Assembly: GCF_006345805.1 (NCBI RefSeq)
Contig: NW_021825978.1
Location: 1-14,013, forward strand
Direction of reading: 5' to 3'
Length of the DNA: 14,013 nt
DNA from: Octopus sinensis
Lineage: Eukaryota
This document shows, piece after piece, positions 1 to 8,496 of this stretch. Under the pieces are notes generated by a model. The model did no database searches. It was not told the origin of the DNA and saw nothing but the letters and a program-made list of their open reading frames with translations. A program made the position numbers and the translations under genes. The number at the start of each line of letters is the position of its first letter. Position 1 is the stretch's first letter.

Positions 1-54
<54 letters not shown>

Positions 55-58
55 ATAT

Positions 59-104
<46 letters not shown>

Positions 105-107
105 ATA
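1..107. repeat. Compound microsatellite (TC)16 followed by imperfect (TA)n
   Basis: Read directly: tc repeats 1-32, then ta repeats. Confidence 0.97.
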
Positions 108-110
108 CAT

Positions 111-235
111 TACGATGAGGTACTTGCATACAAGTGACTTGATCTGAGATCGTGTGCTGGAACGAAAACTTGTAGTGAATCTAACGGTTTTGTGTGTTTC
201 GTAAATGGCTTATAAACACTTTCCACGCTGCAATT
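111..235 (-). mobile_element. Partial family C PLE terminal-repeat copy with internal inversion
   Basis: 111-169 aligns directly to ~5640-5699 (gatctgagatcgtgtgctg shared). 170-235 is the reverse complement of 5700-5766. Flanked by (TA)n on both sides. Confidence 0.85.
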
Positions 236-247
236 CTTTATATATAT

Positions 248-283
<36 letters not shown>

Positions 284-1008
284 AACACTAATTAACACCC
301 AAATTTTAGTCATATCTCTTATGATCCAAAACTAGGTCAAAAGTACTGAATGGATCTTTATGAAATTTGGAAATTATATTCTATGCATAAGGGCCATAAC
401 CCCCATGACAATTCATATATTTTTGCTGTTGATGAAATTTTAACCATACATATTAGACACAAATGAAGTAATATTTATAACAATTCATCTTCTTATAAGT
501 TAGAAAGACCCCTCCATGGAGACTTAACACCCATAATTTTGTCATCTTATCTAAGCAAAGACGAATACAGTTGTACTCTTGGAAGCTGTGGGGTCATCCG
601 AGCATAGAAGATGAGCATTATTTGTAATTCAATGGTACACCAGTGTAACAGTTTGCTTTGACATACACTTACATTGTGATTTCTGCAATGTGGTGCATAA
701 ATTGTCAAATAAATGAGAGGCATTTTTACCTCCACTGATTCAGTTGCAAAGTGTTGAGTAATGTTATTTGATTGCAGATCTCCTTTCAGTCATTTTACCA
801 TCACTGGGTCACACATAGTAACAATGATTTAAAGGGCTTTCCAGATGAGTGACTGGTTATTAAAAGACATTTATGGTTCGTAAACTTATTCTGTCCAGTT
901 ACGTATCAGTATAGAGGTCATTTACAAACTCCAGAGGTGACACTTTCATTTCTCCTAGCCCACACGTCACACATTTGTTAATGTGTTATTTCAGTTGAGT
1001 CACGCCCT

Positions 1009-1266
1009 TCTAATTGCTATAGATTCGTAATGTGCTTGTCACCTGGATGGTGAGGAATCCTACATTGGGATACGTACACTATGGATTAAGTCACCTTCTC
1101 TGTGATGCTATTAAAACCTTTTTAAAATTCTGTGATAAGACTCTACATCATCTTTAAAGAACTTTAATGAACTTTGGAAATCTGTTTATGTTACTTAATT
1201 ATCTACATTACTTCATGAGTATAGCCTCAACCACTAGGATGTCTAGAGAACTCACATGTATTTTAG
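1009..1266 (+). pseudogene. Heavily eroded GIY-YIG endonuclease C-terminus of a PLE (family D, Penelope/Poseidon-like)
   Basis: Motif remnants across frames: SN.YRF (1009-1026), ..PG..EESYIG (YIG at 1061-1069), SLNH (1223-1234), SRELT..F-stop (1242-1266). These resemble the PLE EN pattern as I recall it (SNVVYxFxCPGCxxSYIG ... PSLNxGLKASRELxLF). Several indels are needed, so this is inferential. Confidence 0.45.
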
Positions 1267-1351
1267 CTGATGAGTACGGGACACGTTTATATGCTGCAAT
1301 TTTTGCAACTTTTAATAAAGCCTGTCCTTGTATGAAACAATTGTACTAAAA
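1261..1351 (+). ncRNA. Type I hammerhead ribozyme, canonical core, extended helix II
   Basis: Helix I TTTTAG(1261-66)/CTAAAA(1346-51). Core CTGATGA (1267-73). Helix II GTACGGGACA(1274-83)/TGTCCTTGTAT(1323-33) with two G.U pairs and one bulge. GAAA (1334-37). Palindromic helix III ACAATTGT (1337-44). Cleavage triplet GUA, cut after 1345. Confidence 0.85.
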
Positions 1352-1520
1352 ACCTATCCATTCTTGTTGCTTCTTTCTCACTTATAATCACCCCACATTA
1401 CTGTATTGTTAAAACCGTATAGTTTTTTGGTGCATCTAAGTTAGGTACCATATTCAAGTAAATTCATTTAAATTAACTTGAATCTTTATTGCTTTTTGTA
1501 TATATATATATATATATATA

Positions 1521-1742
1521 TACGTTTAAATATTTGTTGTGCAAGATTTTTTATGTGAAGTCGTGTGTTGAAACAGATATTGTTATATTTCGGAATGGTC
1601 ATATTGCCAGTTTAGCCAATAAAAACACACGCACTATATATTTGGTGTTATTTTGCTTCAGTGATATTTATTTTTTACATTAATCTTAATCTTATTTCGG
1701 CCAGAGTTCTTTCGTCACACTCCTGTGACCGCATCAGTGGTC
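1521..1742 (-). repeat. Family B pseudo-LTR/terminal repeat
   Basis: 1521-1714 is nearly identical to 13432-13624. It begins with the HHR motif and abuts (TA)n at 1499-1521. Confidence 0.85.
1699..1742 (-). ncRNA. Minimal type I hammerhead-like motif (variant core CUGAUGC + extra G)
   Basis: Minus strand reads GACCA CTGATGC G GTCACA GGAG TGTGAC GAAA GAACT C TGGCC. Helix II is 6 bp with a tetraloop, helix III is A-U/G-C, the triplet is CUC, and helix I is CCA/TGG plus a mismatch and a G-C pair. Confidence 0.7.
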
Positions 1743-2186
1743 CTTTGTTTTCTTCTTTCGTATTTGTGTCTCTCATTACTAACCGTCAGCTATTTTGTAT
1801 TTCTATTGTATGTCTTCATTTGAGCATGCTTATATTTCTATGTGCGTCTATGTTTATTTAGTGTGTGTGGGGGGATGCCTGTAATATTTGTATCTTCTGT
1901 TTATATACATTCATGTAATTTGTATTTTGTTTTTGTTGTTGTTGCTTTTGTTCTAATTTTGTTCATGTGTTTACATCCACCCATTATTATCATTACATAT
2001 GCTTGTATGTATAACAACAATATTAGTAATAATAATAATAAATCTAATCGAAAAAAATAAATATATATATATACATACATATATATACATAGATATATAT
2101 ACATATATATAGTTATTCATATATATATACATACATATACATACATAGATATATATACATATATATAGTTATTCATTTCTATTTGT

Positions 2187-2747
2187 TTATTTATCTGTGT
2201 ATTTATTTATTATGTTTTCGGGATCCTCTATCGTCATATGTTCGTGGTGTGTGCTATTGATCCATTCTAGTTTTCTATTCAGGCTAGGTTTATTTTCTAT
2301 TATATGTGTAGCTTCTGTAATTTGTCTAATTGTTGCATCTGTTCTATATGTGGACAATATCTTAATCTCAATGTTATTGATTGATCCCCCGTGTTCCTGT
2401 TCGGCGTGTTGGTACAGAATCGACGAGCTTTTACCTTCCTTCTGTTGTCTCCAATGTTCATTCACCCGCTCTCCTATGCTTCTTGCCGTTTCCCCTACGT
2501 ATGTTATTGTCTTGTTACTGCATCGTCCCTCTATACATCTTATACTATAGACTACATTTCTGGCTTTACAGTTTGTTTGTGGGCTAAATCTACATACAGT
2601 GCAATAGTTATCCGTACAGAGGGTTCTACTAAAAGGATAGGTTCTACCAATTATAGATTTGATAGGGTTGCCTGGCTTTTCAACAACCTTAATTCTTAGT
2701 TTAAGTTTATCTAGGGTCCTTCTAAAGCGGTACGCCAGTTCACCTCC
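2187..2747 (-). CDS. PLE C-terminal fragment: Cys-rich linker + GIY-YIG endonuclease (186 aa, open frame, no own start)
   Basis: Manual translation: GGELAYRFRRTLDKLKLRIKVVEKPG...CTDNYCTVC...NCKARNVVYSIRCIEGRCSNKTITYVGETARSIGERVNEH...YQHAEQEH...RQITEATHI...PSLNRKLEW. Contains the VY/YVG motifs, the catalytic R and E, and Cys/His ligands. It extends the listed ORF 2187..2465 upstream in frame. Confidence 0.9.
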   Translation of the reverse strand, partial: GGELAYRFRRTLDKLKLRIKVVEKPGNPIKSIIGRTYPFSRTLCTDNYCTVCRFSPQTNCKARNVVYSIRCIEGRCSNKTITYVGETARSIGERVNEHWRQQKEGKSSSILYQHAEQEHGGSINNIEIKILSTYRTDATIRQITEATHIIENKPSLNRKLEWINSTHHEHMTIEDPENIINKYTDK

Positions 2748-3237
2748 ACTGAACTCTGGCTAGAAATTGTAAAAAATAAAACCCAAATCTTTCATTCATA
2801 CTATGCAAAACCTATGGCCTCAAAATACCTGATCCACCGGAACTCAGCCATTGCGGGCAATGCCAAATTCAATATTTTGATGGAAGACCTCGTCAGAATA
2901 ATGAGAAATGTGTCACGCATGTGCGAGCCTACATAATTAAAGAGACACATACAGTATTTCATTCACCGCATGCAGTTCTCAGGTTACAGAAATAAAGAAA
3001 GTATCAGAGTATACAAAGGAGCCATGAAGAAATTTGATAATATATTATGTAATGATAGGAATGGGATTTGCTCACTCTATAGGAACAAGTCATGGAACAC
3101 TATAGAAAGGACAAAAAAGAAAATAGGGAAGGCCAACTCTTGGTATGATAGCCATAAATACCAGAGTGTCATGTTCGTTGACACCACCCCTGGAGGTGAA
3201 CTGGCGTACCGCTTTAGAAGGACCCTAGATAAACTTA
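2748..3237 (+). pseudogene. PLE RT C-terminal/thumb fragment (inverted part of family B)
   Basis: Frame reads TELWLEIV...HSYYAKPMASKYLIHRNSAI...LVRIMRNVS..*..RMQFSGY...FVDTTPGGELAYRFRRTLDK, with one TAA at 2934-2936. Its last ~15 codons overlap the start of the minus-strand EN frame. Confidence 0.8.
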
Positions 3238-3326
3238 TAGAAGTTTCTTGCCCTGAATGCCACGAAATGGGACTGAACCTGGAAACTCGCAGTTGGAAAG
3301 GAAAGCTCTTACCCCACAGTCGTGCA
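3238..3326 (-). mobile_element. 5' part of tRNA-derived SINE, cut by the family B PLE
   Basis: Reverse-complement B-box-like gggactgaacc and A-box-like accccacagtcg. Homologous to 6590-6682. Confidence 0.7.
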
Positions 3327-3918
3327 AATAGTGATAATGATAATGATGATTATTGTTTACTGATTTGCGCAGTTATTTTGTTTTTTCTTTAGAAAAGTGT
3401 CTTTGTGTTAATGTTCAGACAACTGTAATAACAACAACTAGAACATTCTTTGTAACAAAGGCAAAATATTGCACACACCCATTCATTTCTTTGAAATCGT
3501 TTGGTTAATAGACAACGATTCATGCATTCCACACGCGCTCGCGCAGACACACAAGCAAACAAACAAACACATATCTTCCTGGTTGTTTAGTGTTACAGAG
3601 GAGATGGTGTCATTGCAGAGACTAAATGTATGAGAGAAAAATATGAAGGATATTTTAGGAAAGAGAGAAAATTGGGATTAAAAAAGGCTGACAGAGGGAT
3701 TGGAGAGTGAAAGGTGTGCGGAGAAGCAGGGTAAATTTAATGAAATTAAATTCAATGTATTTCAGGTATTTCGTGTTATTTCAATCAATTTGACCATCTC
3801 GCAGATAACTGTGGATTTAAATTTACTAAAACGAAATGGTGGTGGTGGTGGGAAAGAGCATTGGTGGTGTATCGTCTGCTGTTTCTTGCAATTCACGGAG
3901 CCATTATTTAGCCGCAAT
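3247..3918 (+). repeat. ~0.67-kb direct repeat, copy 1 (copy 2 at 6601-7292)
   Basis: Long near-identical alignment from cttgccc to ccattatttagccgcaat. Differences are mainly microsatellite length changes and scattered substitutions. Confidence 0.95.
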
Positions 3919-4426
3919 GCTTTACACAGGCAAAGCAGTCCTATAAAACACTGCCCTGCCGAGTTTCATTATTCATAACACTAAACAAAATGGAGATTTT
4001 AAAATAAAGTTTTTTTTATGAATATACTCCTAATATTGTACGTTCCAACTATATCGGATTTTCTTGTGAAAACTCATTTTTTGCTCCCGTCAAAGCCGAA
4101 TCGTTTCATTCGCCCAAATTTCTTCCGAATTGCGGAACATGCTTTTGAAATCAATTTCAAATACAATCGGACTGCAAACCTTCTGACACGTTTTTGTATA
4201 AAATTTCATTCAAAATATTCTTTTTTCTCAAGGTTAGGGAACAAATTCTTTGCGGCACAGTTGTGTGGATATGGTGGTAGGTGATAATTATATGAAAATA
4301 TATAGGAACATGCAGTAAGACTGATATTTCTACATTTACATTCTGACGTATAAACATAACACTCATGTGGATTTATATATGCCTATACATATGTGTGAGT
4401 GTATGTGTGTGACTGTATGTGTGCGA

Positions 4427-4550
4427 GGCGCAATGGCCCAGTGGTTAGGGCGGCGGATCGCGGTTTCGATTCCCAGACGAGCATTTTGAATGTTTATTGA
4501 ACGAAAACACCTAAAGCTCAACGAGGCTCCGGCCAGGAGAGTGGTGGTGT
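4427..4550 (+). mobile_element. tRNA-derived SINE (second family), short head
   Basis: A box TGGCCCAGTGG (4434-4444) and B-box-like GGTTTCGATTCCC (4462-4474), with too little sequence between them for an anticodon arm. Flanked by (TG)/(TA) tracts. Confidence 0.7.
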
Positions 4551-4555
4551 TGTAC

Positions 4556-4771
4556 ACATATACATGTATGCATATACATCTATATCTATAGAAATACATC
4601 TATACATATAGAGCTATACATATACAGCTATATATTTACATATATACTTATACATCTATCTATTCATCTATGTATATATATATATATTTATATACATATA
4701 TATAAATGCATGTATATATATACAAGAATATATATACATGTATTTCTGTACATCTGTATTTATATATGTAT

Positions 4772-4809
<38 letters not shown>

Positions 4810-4880
4810 TTCTGCAGATGTATACCATACATGCATACATATATATATATACATATATATATACATAAATATATATTTTT
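4556..4880. repeat. Degenerate (TA)/(TACA)-rich low-complexity tract
   Basis: Read directly. Confidence 0.9.
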
Positions 4881-5639
4881 ATGAAATTGAAAGTGACTGA
4901 CATTACAATAGAGAGATGCAATTGTTTCACTTTTGACACATATACTGAAATAGTGGAGAAGCTATGTAACTGCTGCGGTCTCGCACTAGACAATAAGTTA
5001 AAACTTGTTGGCCTATGACACCAAAAGGACCCTTAGTAAGGCATGTGCAAAATTTGAATGTAATTTATGTATTTGTCAGGTTTTAGGGATTCTCTCAGAC
5101 ACAGACAGACACTCACACATACATAAATCTACATCAGATTTGGTAAAGAAAAAGTGACCACGTACCAACGATGTCGCGATTGTGATTGCAGACAGGCAGA
5201 GAGAGAGAGACAAAGAATTTTATAAATATTGATTAAGCACATGTAAAAGGTGTTTATTTAACGGTTCATATATGTAATTGTAAGTATCTTTCAACTGCAT
5301 ACATACTTTTATAAATACATAGATATACGTATATACATATGTATATACACACACACGTTATAATTTACAATAGAATATACTTATATCAGCATCTACGTAT
5401 AATAATAACAGTAGAAACTGATCCTTATACATTAACGATATTCTCCGCCAAATTAGAGGCTAATCTACCGATCATTAACAATGTTAAGGAAGGTAATGGG
5501 TCACGACTTCATAAAATGTATAATTTATAATTACCTTGCCACTGCATACATATTTATATATGTATATAGGTATGCGTATATACATATGTATACATACACA
5601 TACACATATAAACATATATATATACATATATATATATTT

Positions 5640-5836
5640 TACGGAGATGTACTCGCATAGCAAGTAATTTGATCTGAGATCGTGTGCTGAAACGAAAACA
5701 ATTGCAGCGTGGAAGGCGTTTATAAGCCATTTAAGAAACACACAAAAGCCGTTCGATTCACTCCAACATTTAAGTTTAATTTGTCAAAATATTTTCGTCG
5801 CTAAAATCCGCGACCTGTTCACTGACAAAGTCCGTG

Positions 5837-5840
<4 letters not shown>
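5640..5840 (-). mobile_element. Solo ~200-bp PLE terminal-repeat-like unit (family C) in (TA)n
   Basis: Bounded by (TA)n on both sides. HHR fold starts 11 nt from its 5' end. Its 3' region is homologous to 111-235 and shares a 34-nt motif with family B. Confidence 0.75.
5780..5829 (-). ncRNA. Minimal type I hammerhead-like motif with swapped G3:C8 pair
   Basis: Minus strand reads TTTGTCA GTGAACA G GTCGC GGATTTTA GCGAC GAAA ATATT T TGACAAA. Helix I is 7 perfect bp, helix II 5 perfect bp, helix III the palindrome AATATT, and the triplet is UUU. Confidence 0.75.

Positions 5841-5918
<78 letters not shown>
5840..5918. repeat. Perfect (TA)n microsatellite (~39 units)
   Basis: Read directly. Confidence 0.97.
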
Positions 5919-5921
<3 letters not shown>

Positions 5922-6299
5922 TTTTATATATAATTAATGTAGGATAAAAGTTTTTTCGCCCAAAAAATGTTATCAATGGCCAGCATATCAAAAAATGCCT
6001 TTAAAGGGAAAAATTTACAAGATAAGGACAGAAGAAAATTCTAATGCCAGATACGCCGAAACAAAAAAAAATGTCGATAACCATTAAATTTTTGCGTCTA
6101 CATATATATATATATGTATATATAAATAGATACAAGCATTATGGTTTCGAAAGGAAACTATTTACCAGGCATTGCTTTTCTATAAGTTTCAGTTGAAGAC
6201 TGTGGCCATGCAGGGGCACTGTGGTTTTGAGAGTCTGTTAATGTTGAGAGCCTCCTCTAATGCGTGGCATTTGATGAAGGAGGCTGTTTGACTTCGCTG

Positions 6300-6520
6300 C
6301 ACACAAAGATACACACGCGACACACAAACACTCAGACATATACACACACACAAATACACAGGCTCATACACACCCATAAACACACAAACACATACACATG
6401 CAAAAACACATAGACACAGACGCACGACACATTAACACTCAGACATATACACATACACAAATACACAGACACACACACACCCATAAACATACAGGCATAT
6501 ACATACACACACACCTATAT
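6300..6520. repeat. Degenerate (CA)-rich tract, probably the tail of the adjacent minus-strand SINE
   Basis: Read directly; adjoins the SINE body at 6521. Confidence 0.85.
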
Positions 6521-6682
6521 ACTGACGAGCTTCTTTCCAGTTTCCATCTACCAAATCCACTGAAAATGATTTGGTCGGTCGAAGCCTATAATGAAAGATA
6601 CTTGCCCAAAGCGCCCCGAAATGGGACTGAACCTGGAAACTTGCAGTTGGAAAGCAAAGCTCTTACCCCACAGTCGTGCACA
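6521..6682 (-). mobile_element. tRNA-derived SINE (Octopus-like family)
   Basis: Minus strand has an A-box-like cgactgtggggt and B box ggttcagtccc, followed by a body (ggatttggtagatggaaactg) homologous to 13154-13310. Confidence 0.8.
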
Positions 6683-7292
6683 TGGTGATAATGATAATGA
6701 TGATGATGATGATTGTTTACTGATTTGCGCAGTTATTTTGTTTTTTCTTTAGAAAAGTGTCTTTGTGTTAATGTTCAGTGAAACGTAATAACAACAACTA
6801 GAACATTCTTTGTAACAAAGGCAAAATATTGCACACACCCATTCATTTCTTTGAAATCGTTTGGTTAATAGACAACGATTCATGCATTCCACACGCGCTC
6901 GCGCAGACACACAAGCAAACAAACAAACAAACAAACACATATCTTCCTGGTTGTTTAGTGTTACAGAGGAGATGGTGTCATTGCAGAGACTAAATGTATG
7001 AGAGAAAAATATGAAGGATATTTTAGGAAAGAGAGAAAATTGGGATTAAAAAAGGCTGACAGAGGGATTGGAGAGTGAAAGGTGTGCGGAGAAGCAGGGT
7101 AAATTTAATGAAAGAAATTTCAATATATTTCAGGTGTTTCGTGCTATTTCAATCAATTTGACCATCTCGCAGATAACTGTGGATTTAAATTTCCTAAAAC
7201 GAAATTGTGGTGGTGGTGGTGGTGGGAAAGAGCATTGGTGGTGTATCGTCTGCTGTTTCTTGCAATTCACGTAGCCATTATTTAGCCGCAAT
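6601..7292 (+). repeat. ~0.69-kb direct repeat, copy 2
   Basis: Matches 3247-3918 at an offset of ~3.35 kb. Confidence 0.95.
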
Positions 7293-8099
7293 ATCTGTCC
7301 AAATAAACTGGCGAAAATAATCCCAAGCACACAAACCAAGTTTCTCTGAGGCCAAATCTGCAATTTTTAACGCCAAGTCAAAATCCCGATTCTCCGTTGA
7401 CGGCCACACGCATTTTGCAATTCTCCAGGAATTCATCTTATCCACAACACATTTTCACATTGTAATAATTAAATGCCAATTAAAGTCTAATTTAAAAAGA
7501 AAATTAAATGAATTATTATAATGAATTCCACCGTTGCTAGAAATAGCAGCCAAATCTACACTGAAATGACAACATATTGCCTTCCAAATCTCCATCTATA
7601 TTTATATATGAGCCGATGAAATTTCAATTGTAATAGATAGAGCTGTTAGAACTAGCAGCCAAATAACTCCTGTTCTTCTGAAGTTCACTGCAGTTTATAA
7701 ACAAATAAACAACAACAGGTTCATTTAACCGCGCCATTTCATACGCTAGAAACGGCAGCAAAACTTTATCAAATATATATGCGAGGACGGAAGCCAAAAA
7801 GCCAGAATTTTGCTGTAAGCCCCTCATATAAACACTCAAAATTATCTTATTTTCTGGACTTTTCGGAAGCGTTTTGAGAATTTGTGTTCATGCAATTATT
7901 CAACTCCCCACAGCCAAAAGGTGTTTTTCGTGTGTTTCAAAGGTCCTTCGTATATCTCACACATTTGCCAGCATCGAGTTGCATGTTGATTCCTTCTGAC
8001 CATTTCTATGTGACGTCTATGTCTTTCTGTTGAAGATTCGCTTAAGAGAGTTCTTTAACTCCATTTGTGTTGTTGGCATTCCTGATTGGTGTGGCTGTC

Positions 8100-8215
8100 T
8101 CACAGAAACACACACACACACACATACACATACACGCATAACCTCACACACACATACACGCATACACACGTGCAAAATACACACACGCACACACACAGAC
8201 ACACATATGTATGTA
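8100..8215. repeat. Imperfect (CA)n microsatellite
   Basis: Read directly. Confidence 0.9.
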
Positions 8216-8496
8216 TTCCTATATATATCCAGACACATGAACTCATGCATGGGACACTGCAATATATAACACACTTCCGAAAAACCAATCTACAGAAATT
8301 ACGCTTCTCAGAAACAGAAAGGAGAAAGCTAATTCGAAGGCTCACACACAATCCGTCACAGGAACTGTAAAAATATGTAAAATTTTCAAGAAGTTCACTG
8401 TTTATATATATGCGGATATCTAGACATGCAACTATATGCATGAGATTACATACATACAGAAAAACATGCAAATCTAGAGCAAAATATGAGACACAT

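Larger units (their letters stand above)
1521..3237 (-). mobile_element. 5'-truncated, 5'-inverted Penelope-like element (family B)
   Basis: Minus strand 2748->1521 carries the Zn-knuckle linker, GIY-YIG EN, 3' UTR, HHR and terminal repeat ending in (TA)n. Plus strand 2748-3237 carries the immediately preceding RT C-terminal/thumb segment. 2702-2748 and 3191-3237 form a perfect 47-bp inverted duplication. Confidence 0.88.

Noticed and set aside
2934-2936. Selenocysteine read-through as described for Naiad PLEs
   Set aside because: The in-frame stop is TAA, not TGA, and both coding PLEs here have a C-terminal rather than N-terminal endonuclease.
3238-3392. C-terminus of listed ORF 2970..3392 as real protein
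   Set aside because: After ...TLDKL the frame reads through the insertion junction into an antisense SINE and a (GAT)n tract.
3700-3978. ORF MESERCAEKQ... duplicated at 7068-7274
   Set aside because: It lies in the direct repeat, uses a TTG start, includes a (GGT)n tract, and the two copies end differently. No recognisable domain.
4427-4480. Functional tRNA gene
   Set aside because: No anticodon arm or acceptor-stem pairing, and it continues into a SINE body.
4660-4993. Several listed ORFs rich in YI/VC/TH dipeptides (also 110-313, 1901-2104, 5484-5991, 6189-6688, 8017-8471, 13316-13828)
   Set aside because: They are translations of (TA)n, (TG)n and (CA)n microsatellites, which lack stops in some frames.
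4885-5232. Possible Helentron-associated (HINE-like) element
   Set aside because: Only a vague resemblance (gcaaaatttgaa, cagacacagacagac, ...aaatattgat end). I could not define termini or subterminal inverted repeats.
6522-6529. CTGACGAG as another hammerhead core
   Set aside because: No helix II followed by GAAA and no helix I partner. It is part of the SINE body.
3247-7292. LTR retrotransposon bounded by the 0.67-kb direct repeats
   Set aside because: No TG...CA termini, primer-binding site, polypurine tract or internal gag/pol remnants.
7536-7764. CRISPR-like array
   Set aside because: Only three degenerate 20-mers with 80-90 nt gaps, in a eukaryotic context with no cas genes.
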